The position numbers and the translations under genes are program-made. The notes under the pieces are model-generated. The model was not told where the DNA came from. It saw only the letters and a list, made by a program, of their open reading frames with translations, and did no database searches. DNA of 64,000 nt from Octopus sinensis (taxonomy: Eukaryota): assembly GCF_006345805.1 (NCBI RefSeq), contig NC_042998.1:193440001-193504000 (forward strand), given 5' to 3'. Positions within the stretch are counted from its first letter, which is position 1. The number at the start of each line of letters is the position of its first letter. Below, in pieces: positions 13,251 through 26,167 of the stretch.

Positions 13251-13381
13251 TATTATCTTATAAGGTGTGAAATTTGATACAATATTTCTAAATTGAATTT
13301 TTTTGCCGTAGTGGATTTAATTCCCTCAAATAATTATAATTATCTATGTATTTATCTATCTATATATATATATATATAGTG

Positions 13382-13702
13382 TGATATTTCATTTAGGCAA
13401 AGCGCACTCATAATCTGGTGTTAGAATTCAAATAATATGCTTACAAATATAGCTGATTGAGCATATATTATATTCTCATTCCTTGTATATCGTACCTATC
13501 TAGCTTTTGTTCATATATATATATATATATATAACAAAAGAGGGGGTCTATTTCCATAGGTACGTATATACAAAGACGCGTGATGAACCCGCATATAATT
13601 TCTTATTATGCTCTGTACTCAGCTAGCTCCTTATTCTGAAGCATATGTGTATTGAATTCTAACACCAGATTATTAGTGTCGCTTTGCCTAAATGAAATAT
13701 CA
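13382..13702. repeat. Asymmetric inverted repeat centred on (TA)n
   Basis: Outer ~50 bp nearly perfectly inverted; the inner left arm is a deletion-riddled version of the right arm. Confidence 0.7.
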
Positions 13703-14394
13703 AAATATAATACACACACAAACACACATCGAGGGAGAAAGAGAGAGAGAGTGAGAGAGTAGAGAACGAGAAGAAATTACTTTTAGTATACAATATACAA
13801 CTATTATTCTTCATAAACATTTCTAAGTGGCAGTTTAGATTTCCTTTGGCATATTTATCCAAGATTAATCTCACCTCTATGCGTTAGCATTAGTAAAGAT
13901 CTAATTTAAAATGTTATTACCAACGTGTCAGAAGCTAACAGATTTATGGTTTCGATGAAAGACCTAAACTACAGCATAAATAATAAATTATACAAAGTAT
14001 CAATGTGTGTCCCTGTGTGTGCGCGTATGTGTCTCTGTTTTTACTTTATTTAAAGAAAACAATATTCGTTTTATAAGCAGATGGAAAATATCTTATTCAG
14101 ATGATTTCTTCAGATATTTGAGGAAAGTGTCCATATGGGCATTTAAGACGACAGCAAATTTATACATCATTTCCAAAGAGTGCTGTGGAGGTATTTTCTT
14201 GAATGCACTACGGCAAGATGTAGGATGTATACAAACGTGCTCACTTCGATTTTCTCGTAGCTTTGGGCCGCTTTATATTCGATCGCTACGTATCCGATTA
14301 CTATTGCAATATAGTCAGTCCAAATGTGGCTTAGCGGTCTGAAACTTCCGAGTCACTGTCAATACTATTCTTGTTAAAGAATAATAAAATTCAG

Positions 14395-14463
14395 AGAGAC
14401 AGACAGACAGACTGACGGACGGACGGACGGACAGGCAGTCAGACAGACAGACAGACAGACAGC

Positions 14464-14548
<85 letters not shown>
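14395..14548. repeat. (GACA)n/(GATA)n microsatellite
   Basis: Direct reading. Confidence 0.95.
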
Positions 14549-14549
<1 letters not shown>

Positions 14550-15270
14550 TTACTATCCAATTTATATTATTATTTATTCAAATGCAATCCTCCCCAGCAA
14601 GCTAGAAACCCAAAAGTATAAACCAGATATTTTCTATTTCTATCTTCCCTATTCACTCACTCGCTCACTCACAATCTCTGTATATATACAGTTGCGGCCA
14701 AAATGTTCAGAACGGCATTGTTTTCGTCAGAAAAGTAGGTATAATTTTTTATCAAAGTTGTTTTATATTCTGTAATTTTCACAGACAATAAATACGATAT
14801 TATTTGTTATTGTGTGCAATTTTGGTGTAATTTGAGAGGATAATACAAAAGTCATGGATGATTTAGTGATTTACTGCAAAACCCATTACTGTACGTAATG
14901 TACGTAATGTATAGAAGTCTGTGTACTAAGAGAGAGAGACAGAGACAGAGAAAGAAAGAGAGAGAAAGAAGAGAGACAAAAGAGAGACAGAGAGAGAATA
15001 TTCACCTGTGGACATATCAAACTGAAATCCATTGTATCGCACATATGAAAGTATACAATGCATAATACGGGGATACATTCTTGTGTTTCTGACGCTATAC
15101 CCATCATCTTCTGGACAGCTACGATCCATTTCTTCGAAGGCACCTGTTTACTCACCCGCATCCTTGCCAAAAACATACCATGTGTTACAATTTTTGTTGA
15201 GTAGAAAAGTGTTCTTATTGTATCCATTGAGTGTGTACTTACACAAATCTCTTACTGCGTAATTTAAATT

Positions 15271-15855
15271 CTTTTTTCTGCTCTGGGCACAAAACCCGAA
15301 ATTTGAAGGGGAGGTAGCCAGCCGATTAGATCGGCCCCAATACGCAACGGGTACTTAATTTATCGACCCCGAAAGGATGAAAGACAAAGTCGACCTCGGT
15401 GGAATTTGAACTCAGAAAGTAGCGGCAGACGAAATACCTATTTCTTTACTGCCCACAAGGGGCTAAACACAGAGAGGACAAACAAGGACAGGCAAAGGGA
15501 TTAATGCGATTACATCGACCCCAGTGCGTAACTGGTACTTATTTAATCGATCCCGAAAGCATGAAAGGCAAAGTCGACCTCGGCGGAAATTGAACACAGA
15601 ACGTAACGGCAGACGAAATACCTATTTCCTTACTACCCACAAGGGGCTAAACACAGAGAGGACAAACAAAGACAGACAAACGGATTAAGTCGATTATATC
15701 TACCCCAGTGCGTAACTGGTACTTATTTAGTCGACCCCGAAAGGATGAAAGGCAAAGTCAACCTGGGCGGAATTTGAACTCAGAACGTAACGGCGGACGA
15801 AATACGGCTACGCATTTCGCCCGGCGTACTAACGTTCCTGCCAGTTCACCGCCTT
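15271..15855 (-). mobile_element. Trimeric OR1-like SINE array (one head, three bodies, two long tails plus one short tail)
   Basis: 16-bp TSD ctgcgtaatttaaatt (15255-15270) / ctgtgtaatttaaatt (15856-15871); both internal junctions read gaaata|ggtatttcgtc on the minus strand. Confidence 0.9.
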
Positions 15856-16201
15856 CTGTGTAATTTAAATTATTTACCCTAAGTTGTTGATCGATATCGT
15901 ACAGAACCTGCAGACCAGAGAATATTTCTTCGAAGAAAATTTTTGTAATGTGTTTACGATATCTCTTTCCTTGATATTGGCGCGAATAAGTGTATATAAA
16001 CAGATGCATTTGAAGAAAGGAATTTTTAGTTGCTTGGCTGGTGACGGGTATACCACATATGTTATTACACACACATAGGTATGTCGCAGAGACACAAGTC
16101 GGTGTTAAGGAGTAATAAATACATAAATACACATATGCGTGCGCATGCGTGTATGTAGGCTTGTATTTGTATGTGTGCGTGTGTATATATATATATATAT
16201 A

Positions 16202-16596
16202 CTAACAGTATCGCCCGGCGTTGCTCGGGTTTGTAAGGGAAATAACTATATAAGCATTTTTAGAGATGTAAAGTATAATAGCCATCTCAATACGGCTAAC
16301 CACAAAGAGGGGTGTTACTGTAGCTTTTTACGTTCTGAGATTTAATAATACATTTTTAGAGAGTTACTTCCCTTATATAATAGCAAAAAAATGCATTAAA
16401 AAATGGGAAAAAATTATGGAAATTTTTTTTTTAATCGTAGACTCATCGTAGACGCGCGCTAATACCCAGAAGGGCTCGATATGAATCACGACTATAAGAT
16501 ACCCGCTTTTGGTTACACTGCACCGCAAAATGTGGGAGTAGTTAGGAATCTAAATCGTAGGAGACAGGCACACAACTTCACTTTTATATATAAAGA
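16202..16596 (-). mobile_element. Non-autonomous Helitron
   Basis: On the minus strand: A|TC start, hairpin cccgagcaacgccggg, TTAG|T end; homologous to 2259-2542. Confidence 0.85.
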
Positions 16597-16733
16597 TATA
16601 TATATATATATATATATAGGAATTAAGGACAACTACTTAATAAGGAAAACTTAACAAGAAATTGTCAGGTAGATAGCGTAAAAACCTCATAAGAGAAAAA
16701 ATTTCGAAAATAATTATTTCTTATTGAACATAT

Positions 16734-17049
16734 TAATTTATATATAGAGGGCATTATACATACATGTCAGGAGGCATTCTACATACATGCCAAACGCTAA
16801 GAGGGACAATCAGTCATTTCTACCAAAAATATTACTAATCCCACCGAATACATTCAGGCCTGCTGATGATTACGTAAGTATGAAATCACTGTGATACAGG
16901 TCTATATTTTTAAATGTCTTACTTTGAAAAATTGCATTCGGTGGGATTAGTAATATTTTTGGTAGAAATGACTGATTGTCCCTCTTAGCGTTTGGCATGT
17001 ATATAGAATGCCTCCTGGCATGTATGTATAATGCCCTCTATATATAAAT

Positions 17050-17051
<2 letters not shown>
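16734..17051. repeat. 119-bp inverted repeat (3 mismatches) enclosing a hammerhead motif
   Basis: Arms 16734-16852 and 16933-17051. Confidence 0.92.
16856..16903 (+). ncRNA. Candidate minimal type I hammerhead ribozyme (Penelope-like)
   Basis: Stem I aggcctg/caggtct, core CTGATGA, stem II tac-gtaa-gta (T.T at the base), GAAA, stem III atcac-t-gtgat, cleavage site TA. Confidence 0.65.
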
Positions 17052-17109
<58 letters not shown>

Positions 17110-17149
17110 ATAGATAGGTCGGTAAATAGGTAGGTAAGTAGACATACAA

Positions 17150-17228
<79 letters not shown>

Positions 17229-18454
17229 TGTTTCTTTATTAGCCACACGGGGCTGCACACAGACAGGACAGATTACAAAGTAGAGCTTTTCTTTTCGGTG
17301 AGAAAAAAAAGAAAAGATAAAGAAAAAGAAAAAAGAAAAAGTGGGTAGGTTTTCGATCAAATGGGATCGTAAAAAGATAGAAAAACAAACGATCAATAGG
17401 GATCTTGTATCACAGAAATATCATGATGTAAAGTGTAAAGGGGGAAGCAGATAAGCTTTATCCGTGGAAAGAAAAACCTACGGAAAAGACCACGGTAACC
17501 TCGGTCAATAATATCACATGTTAACACATTTATTTGCAAGTAAGTAACTCTTTGTTTTAAATTTTTCCGGATTCATAGGATTATGCTCAATGTGGCTTCG
17601 TCATTCATACGTGCCATCCTTGCTACATTCACCCATCTTTTTTTTAAACATTCGCTAAACAAAACTTGCCTCTCTACTCTCATTTTCCTTTTCAAGTAAT
17701 ACTTGAAGACGTTGATGGGAGATTGACCAGAGAGGAAAGTGTTTGTCTCCAATCCTTTCAGACGCGTCAACCAGATACATTCTTTCGCCATAGCCACAAG
17801 AATGATGAAAATAGCTCTTCCTTCCTGTTTGAAGGAGGGAGGCGTGACAATACTGATGATAGACTCGGCTGATAAACCGACTCGTCCCACACGTGACAGC
17901 AGTCGTTTGACATAAGCCTACAGGTCGGAAATTGTTGGACACTACACGAGTGCGTGCAGAACGACTTCGTCGCTCTGACCGTGTCTGTAGAGCTTATCCT
18001 GAACGGGTAACGCTTCTCGGTAGCACTGCCAGTCCAGGGATCTCTGGAAGTTGTCCATAGGTCCCGGCCCGAAAGTTGTCTTGAACTGGCGGATCAGATA
18101 TTCCTCGTCGACGCCCAGGTTCGCCACGAGATCGTCGTCGTACCTCCCCTCCACTAATCCCCTATAGAATGCGTTGTTGTGTTGAAATCGCTCAAGGTCG
18201 ACCCGGGACGGCATAGTTGCTTGAGAGCATTGTGACACTCGCGGTGCCATTCGCCCTTCCTCAGCCTCTTTTTGATCCACGACTGCAGTTCGGTCATGGT
18301 GACGAGCTGCGGGGAAGCGTGCCTCACAAACGGCGACCACATCTGTTCATTGTTGTCTACGTAGAGCCAGAGATGTCGCAGTTTCAGCCCGCATCATCAA
18401 CCACGGCATGCCCAGTCCTCCTTTTAACGGGTGTTGACAACAAGAGGATCATCT
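17229..18454 (-). mobile_element. 5'-truncated Tx1/L1-type LINE (ORF2 C-terminus + 3' UTR) embedded in (GATA)n
   Basis: Minus-strand peptides GMPWLMM..., AFYRGLVEG...RSLDWQCYREALPVQDKLYRHG, LHALV*CP (remnant of the C-terminal zinc-binding motif) and KRWVNVARMA; 3' UTR ends ...ctaataaagaaa; GATA tracts at 17151-17228 and 18455-18524. Confidence 0.8.
17573..18440 (-). pseudogene. LINE ORF2 C-terminal fragment (frameshifted, stops)
   Basis: ORFs 18154..18342, 17942..18340 and 17573..17890 join into one degraded reading frame. Confidence 0.75.
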
Positions 18455-18525
<71 letters not shown>

Positions 18526-18526
18526 G

Positions 18527-18557
<31 letters not shown>

Positions 18558-19393
18558 ATGCGTTTGTATGTGTGGGGGGGTCAGCGTGCGTTTGTGTGTG
18601 TGTGTGTGTAACACTTCAGAACTCGGCTTTTAGTATCACATTTCATTTATTTCAGAAAATATTCTTACAAAGACTAAATTTCATTCTGATATCAGAAATT
18701 CCCCAGGAAGCTGCATTTAACTTTTCTGCATTATTTCTTTCACACGACTACTTTCTGGTTCTTTAACAACCTTTCAACGGCAGACACTTCACTCATATTT
18801 ATTTTACGCAATACATTCTAGCTATTCAAATAAAATTATGAAGAGCTTAGGGGATCTACATTGAGAGATCATTTATGTATAAAATAGTCTTACTATGACT
18901 CATCACACAATAGCTTCACATGTTAAAAAGTTACTTTATCATTCTGTATCGTGAGCGTTTAAATACACTACAGAAAGATGGACCGATATTGGTTTAAAAA
19001 GAGAAAGCAATGTATAATGCTTAGCAGTGTTTATTGTATTCACAGAGTTCGTGCGATTATGATGAGTGTATGTCTGTGTGCATATATGATATGTACGACT
19101 ATTTACTGATACGATGTTTTGTGTATACCAAATGATATCGAAAGCAGCAGCGTTTTAATTTCAGCAACATCGACTGTGGGGAATATAGTATTTCTAATAA
19201 CGCTTGGTTGCTGAGGGACAAGGAATTGTAGAGTTGGAAAGACAAATGAGGAAGATAATTTAAACGATGTAGGTTATTATTATTATTATCATCATCATCA
19301 TCACTATTATTATTTTCTGTTTTGTTTGGGGTTTTTTTTTTTTTTGGTTTTTTAAGGGGTTTTTTTTCAGAAAGTATTGAATATCTATGTCAG

Positions 19394-19525
19394 TCGATTG
19401 GCGGAATCATTAGAGCATCGCACAAACAAACACTTTGCGGTAACTGTTCCGGTTATTTGCGTTCTGGGTTCAAATCTCGCCAAGGTCAACTGTGCCTTTC
19501 ATCTTTCCAGAGTCGATAAAATATT
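19394..19525 (+). mobile_element. Degenerate OR1-like SINE fragment
   Basis: gggttcaaatctcgccaaggtcaactgtgcctttcatctttccagagtcgataaaata. Confidence 0.55.
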
Positions 19526-19682
19526 TATAAAGTAGTGAGGTCAATTCTTATCCTACACCCTTTTTCTTTCAAGCTCTTCTCTCTCTCTCTCTCTCCCAAT
19601 GTTTTCTCAATATGTATGTGTGTGTGTGTATATATATATATATATAAGCAATATGTATGTGTACACACACACACTCACACAT

Positions 19683-19762
<80 letters not shown>

Positions 19763-20767
19763 GGTGGCGGAGTTAAGCTAGAGTCTAGCAATCTTTTCTC
19801 ATCTAACATGCTACAACAGCCTTCCAAAGAAACCAGAGAATGCTGTGGTGTACAACATGGAACAATTTCGAGTTAAAATTGAGTAGTTGTAGAACTGAGG
19901 CTAACGATAATCAGTTATGTAGAGCACAGTAGATATTGATTTTTAACAGATCGTACATACTTGGAGAAAACAGACAGAACTTGGTTTCTTTTTCAATATT
20001 TAATATTAGGAAAAGAAGGGTTTGGCCGAATTAGTGATATTTTAGTTACTTCCTTTTATATTCTGAGTTCAGTTGAAGTCACCTTCATCTTCCATTCTCC
20101 TGGAGTTGCTAAAATAACTAGTAGCCGTCAGTTATTGGGCTCGGTTATGTTAGAGACTATTATTTGTCAATGTAGGAACAAAAGGATGCGTCTGATTGGT
20201 GAGTTTGGCGCGGTTGATGTATACCTTCCACTTCTTTAATTTCGTCGTGCGTAGGAAAATCAGTTACGGCCCAATTTAATCCCCATCCAGTGAATGGGTA
20301 GAAAAAGAGGCAACGAAGGAGTCTTTAAATTGTTTCTTGACTGGCATGAAATAGCAGTGAAATTATGCGGTGCTCTCTTAAAATAAGAATGACACATTGT
20401 CAACTTAATTAGACAATACGTCGGTAAGGTCACGTTTGAAACGCCTTTAACTTTAGGTCTGTCCCATCGAGATACGCATGATGTGAAACAACTACGGTTT
20501 TACGATTGAGATGACGAGCGTGGTCAGTATGTATCAGGTAGACTTTATTCAGATGGTATGAAACACCTTAGTTCAGAGAGTGGAGTCGTATTAGTAAACT
20601 AACTGTAGAAAAGACAGAGAGAACAACCCTCTCTTAGCTAGTATAATAGTGTTTTTGGCGAGGAAGCTTTTATCAATCAATCTTTACGTTTAGATGCGGT
20701 CTATGATGTTTCTGTGCATGTTGTAGAATCCCCCTCTATTTCTGTCTCTCTCATATACATATATAAA

Positions 20768-20976
20768 GTTAATCCAAACATGAAAACACAAAGAGAAAAC
20801 ACAACAACGCGAGGACTTGAAACAGGTACAGTGTTATTGGACGCTCAGGAAAGGAAAGAAAGAAGGATGATTTAACGCTTCGAGTAGAGCTCTTCGTCAG
20901 AAACATAGGAAAAGGAAAGATCCAAGGAAGGGAAGGCGGAGGAAAAACATCGCCAACGGTACACACGCGGTCATAT

Positions 20977-21070
<94 letters not shown>

Positions 21071-21201
21071 ATCCAAACAAGAAAGCACAAAAAAACACAA
21101 CAACGCGAGGACGTGTAACAAATATAGTGTTATTGGACGCTCGGGAAAGAAGGAAAGAAGGAGGGTTTAACGTTTCGAGCGGAGCTTTTCTTCTCCTATG
21201 T
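20768..21201 (-). mobile_element. Two tandem Penelope-like terminal-repeat fragments with hammerhead remnants
   Basis: 20768-20966 and 21067-21201 are homologous. Minus strand reads gttt-CTGACGA-agagc-tct-actc-GAAG-cg-TT-aaat (20870-20904) and gagc-tcc-gctc-GAAACGTT-aaac (21165-21188). Confidence 0.65.
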
Positions 21202-21649
21202 TGTTGTTTTTAGTAACTTCGAGCGTTTAGTTTTGTCACACGACAGCAGGTGCGTGTTAGGAAGACCGTTTCCTTCACATCTGCTCTGATAATTGTTTTC
21301 AAAGCCTCTTTTCATGAAAACAATGGAAATCTACATAATGTGCCAGGCAAAACAAAGTAACAGTGTTTCTGTGTTTCTGTGCCTCTCACTAATACTTCTA
21401 CTCGGATACGCCGCAGCACGACTTTCACTCTCTCAACGTCTCTTTTCTTCACCCGTTTGTATTTTGTCCCAAGGGGAATTTCGGACACGGGGATATTTTG
21501 TTCATGCACTATTATTGAGGGTGATATCTGGAATTTGGGAAAAGGTTCGATGTGACTTATCAACGTTAATCCAGTACACAGGAACACCGACCTTTAGACA
21601 TATAGATGTGTGTGAATATGAGACAACGCGCGCGTGTGAATGCGGGTGA

Positions 21650-21701
21650 ATATGTGTGTGTGTGTGTGTGTGAGTGTGTGTGTGTGTGTGAGTGTGTGTG
21701 T

Positions 21702-21732
<31 letters not shown>

Positions 21733-21797
21733 GTGTCGTGTGTGTGTGTGAGTGGTGTGTGTGTGTGTGTGTGTGTTGTGTGTGTGTGTGTGTGTGT

Positions 21798-21835
<38 letters not shown>

Positions 21836-21870
21836 TGTCGTGTGTGTGTGGTGTCGTGTGTGTGTGGTGT
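21650..21870. repeat. (TG)n microsatellite
   Basis: Direct reading. Confidence 0.95.
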
Positions 21871-24671
21871 CGTGTTGCTATCTTTTAACTGTAGGAAGGC
21901 ATAATTTAGCAAGACTGTGATCATTATCCAATCGGGGCCATCCGTCTTGTGTGAGGAAGCTAAGACTTCACTGGCCCAAATGTGTTTCCCCATTTCACAC
22001 GGCAGCATGTGATCTGAAACAATTTCGACTGTTATTTCCTTTAGGTCTATCGACCAAGCCGATGCTCTCCCATTGGTTGGGTTTTGTATTTTAGAGTAGT
22101 GTAGAATAACATTGACTGAATCAGCAGTCATCTCACACTAAACCTTCATACTATGGAGCAATTAAAAATGTGATTTAAGTTGAAAATACAAATATGAGCT
22201 GAAGGTATTTCTTTTTATATATTAAATATCTTTTGGTTTGCGGAAATTTCCGAAATTTACTGATAAATTGCCTTTAATGATAACATTATTGACAAAATGG
22301 TAATTTGTTTGGTTTTTTTTAATGATGGATTCTCAAATCAATCTAGTTAATTTTCCTTCAAATGGCAGTTTTCGCTCCAGTACGTCCAATCCTAGGATAA
22401 ATTATTTCAGAGAAATGAGCAGCAATCACATCATGCAATATGTGATAAATAATTTCTTAAGTATCACACGACAAATTTTATGATACGATTGCTACATGCT
22501 CAACATAGAAACAAACTATTCAGCATATTTTTAAAGTTCTTTCGGCTTCCTATTTAACATAACGTTGCTTTATAAGTCTTACTATGAGTGCAAGAATGGC
22601 TAAAGGGAAAACAGCTTCCCTTTGCAACTAATAGATCCCTGGTTCGATCGTAATGTGCGGCAACTTTGGCAGGTCTTTTTTACCGTAGCTTCGAGTCAAC
22701 TATAACCATCTGATTAAAATTTAATAGGTACAAACTTTGTAAAAGTCTGTCGGAGTGATTATAACAGATTTTCTTTTTGAGTGGTAAATTTAATATTTCG
22801 CCCGTTTAAACACCACCTAGCCTAAGGGCAATATCAGTGGGGTTATTCTTTTTATAAGCAATCGGACTAGTTCCCTTCATTCTACAGTCTCAGAGTCCCT
22901 GATGAAGGTCTGAGGCGCTGATCATCCACTTCTTGCAGTGCCAATTAAAAACTACTGTGAAAAGCTTGCAAGTCGAAGTGACGTCAATCTTATTGTTCTT
23001 CTTTGTAGTATTCTTTTACCTCAGAAATCCCAAGACAAGATCTATAATAATAAATCTATTAAGAAGTTAACACTGCAACAGATTTCATTAAGAAAAAGTA
23101 CAGGAAAATTCAAAACGTTAGTAAGAACAGTTTGTGATTACAAAAAAAAAAAATGTTATTTTGAAGCCAAACGGGTGGGCAACATCAATTGTAGTTTTAC
23201 CTGTAAAATGAATAAAATCGACTATTTTACATCACATATAACTAAAAAAAATCTGTAAAATCAAAGTATACCCATTGAAGGTTTGACTTGAACATCGTAG
23301 ATAGTAACAGAATGCAGATCGCACAACTGCTACGACTGCCATACCCACAAATAAGAATCACTTAAACCGACGAAAAAGAAACGCCGTTACCATTGCATCT
23401 TCTCATTCAACTGAGAATGATGACGAGACATCGATTCAAGGCAGCAGTTATGCCTCAGCAACTGCATTCCCACAGGCTGCGCTGATTAACGAAAATGTTC
23501 GACATCAGAACGAAGTAAATGCAATGATTAATGCAGATGTACAAGCTGCAGACAAAAATAATCGGCGTAGACTTGGTCTTCACCGAAAAGCTACAACTAC
23601 ATGATCTGCAAGAGCTGCTGAGAACGATGCTCAGCCTGAGCTAATCTAAGCAAGTGTTTCGAGTTCAGCGTGAACTTCATCAAAGTAATGAACAAAGCAT
23701 AAACGTTACTCCTACTTTTGTTGCCAGAGATACCAAACAGAAGACCGCAGCTCCAATGATCGAGAATATTAATCATGTACAAAATACCTTTATGCACTGT
23801 ATTACAAGGACACTGATTTAGCGTTGGTCATTCAAGGAAGTTTCACATATGTTTTAGAAAGGATAAGTATACTTATAATTTATTAGTATTAGTGCATTCA
23901 CGCAGCGAACATTACTCCTCTGCATTAGATCAGCTGATCCGTCGTTCGCTCAAAACCAATGACATCACAAAAAAGTGTCTCCGACCCTTTAGTATTGGAA
24001 TTCTTGAAAAGTAAAAATTTTGTATTATGTAGCTTGTTATTCTCTTTAAGTGATTATTTTCTGATTAAAATACACCAAAAAATGGTGACACTGCAGTAAA
24101 AGACAAATCGTAAAATATAGGGATTTTCATAGAAAAAAAGCACCTTTTTGATGTAAATAATTTTTGGTCTTAACATGGTCCAATTTGAATTTTATCTTCT
24201 ATGGAATGAAGAGCAAGCCTTCTTCTATCATACTCTCAGTTTTGGTCAACTTGCACCGCAGTGTCTCGAAGGTGATAGTGTTAGTTGAAGGCTACCAAAC
24301 CTGCCACACACACACACACAGACAACTTCAGCTTTATATATATAGATGTCGTATAAAAACGTTTTTAATATTTTGTTCAACTTTATTCAATTTGTCGTCG
24401 AACACAATATACAAAGCCTTTCCAAGCAAATGTGAAAATAGCATTTCTTCCATTGCGAAGCAGAATGACAACAATTCTAAGCTGCCAAAATTTTGCCTTT
24501 GTGGGGAAAAGAAATATGTTTTGGGGTATATTCTGGGAACTCTTTCGTTGACGGCACAAAAAGAAACATCAACAACAACAGAAACAATGCTAACGCGCTC
24601 ACACCAGGAAATATTGGTTTCAAATTTTGTCAGAAGTCCAGAAATTTCGGAGACGTGTTTAAGTCAATTAC

Positions 24672-24829
24672 ATTGACCCCAATGTTTAACAGGTACTTAT
24701 TTTATCTAACTCGAAGGGTGAAAGGCAACGTCATTCTTGGCAGAATTTGAACACAGAACGTAAAGACGGACGAAATACTGCTAAGCATTTTGTCCGATGT
24801 GCTAACGATTCTGCCAGCTGTCCGCCTTC
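24672..24829 (-). mobile_element. OR1-like SINE, partial
   Basis: Head aaggcggacagctggcagaatcgttagc and core match the family. Confidence 0.7.
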
Positions 24830-24991
24830 GAACGCAAGGAGATATTATCAACAGATTGAGTCAGTTTTGCTGAAGCTTCCTCCATTATTGAAGGTCAGAG
24901 TTCTTAATGTAATCTCATTATAAAGATTATGGAGGCGATTTAATTATGCAGTATTTACGTTTTTATACTTGTTACTATTTCGTTGTGTGTG

Positions 24992-25201
24992 AAGTCAGTG
25001 AGCTGGCAGAATCGTTAGCATGCGGGGCAAAATGTTTAGCAACATCTCACCGTCATTACATTCTCAGTTCAAATTCTGCTGAGGTCGACTCTGCCTTTCA
25101 TACTTTCGGGGTCGATAAATTAAGTACCAGTTGAACACTAGGGTAGATGTAATCGATTTAACTCCTCCCCCGAAATTGTTGGCTTTGTGTTAAAACTTGA
25201 A
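24992..25201 (+). mobile_element. OR1-like SINE, short tail
   Basis: gagctggcagaatcgttagc...gttcaaattc...gtcgataaattaagtaccag...ctcctcccccgaaatt. Confidence 0.8.
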
Positions 25202-25597
25202 TGCACTTGTGTGTTACTTGCCCCCAATTTCTTGAGTTTGTTGGAAATTATTTTATCTACCTTCAAGGCAGGAATTACTTTTTATATGCATAGAGTGAAA
25301 GATCATAAACAGATAAAAATACTAGTTGTTGACGGGAGTAAAGACAATCCAGCATTTTCGATGTGGAGAACATTTTCTAACATAACATCAATAACATTGA
25401 TAATTACGATAACAACAACAGCAACAACCAGAACAATATAATTATGATGCATGTGTCAATGTTGGTATATTTGAAAATGGCCACTATATCAACAGTGACA
25501 TTAGTACTACTGTGAAGAAAAGCAGAGAAAATAGACTATATAATAGAAGAGCATGAAGGCTGACAGAGAATTTCACTCTATTGCCTCTTAAAATGTT

Positions 25598-25700
25598 GTA
25601 GTAGTAGTAGTAGTAGTATAGTAGTAGTAGTAGTAGTAGCAGCAGGAGCACCACCACCACCAGTAGTAGTAGCAGCAGTAGCAGCAGTAGCAGCAGCAGC

Positions 25701-25740
<40 letters not shown>

Positions 25741-25871
25741 CCACCACCACCACCACCACCAGTAGTTGTAGTAGTACCACAACCAGTAGTAGTAACAGCA
25801 GCAGCAGCAGTAGTAGTAGTAGTAGTAGTACCAGCAGTAGTACCAGCAGTAGTACCAGCAGTAGTACCAGC

Positions 25872-25915
<44 letters not shown>

Positions 25916-25993
25916 CAGCACCACCAGTAGTAGTAGCAGTAGTAACAGCAGCAGTAACAGCAGTAGTAGTAGTAGTAGTAATAATAGTAGTAC

Positions 25994-26032
<39 letters not shown>

Positions 26033-26135
26033 CACCACCACCAGTAGTAGTAGCAGCAGTAGCAGCAGTAGTAGTAGTAGTAGTAATAGTAGTAGTAGTA
26101 ATAGTAGTAGTAGTAGTAGTAGTAGTAGTACCAGC

Positions 26136-26167
<32 letters not shown>

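Noticed and set aside
14688-14892. Tc1-like MITE (tacagt...actgta)
   Set aside because: Only 6 bp of terminal symmetry.
21890-22131. Minus-strand peptide GKHIWASEVLAS resembling a METTL21/22-type motif
   Set aside because: Only a short motif-level resemblance; no SAM-binding motif or splice sites; a profile search would be needed.
23380-23800. Codon-like stretch with R/A/E-rich pieces, possibly a Helitron or other TE protein relic
   Set aside because: Multiple stops and no motif I can identify.
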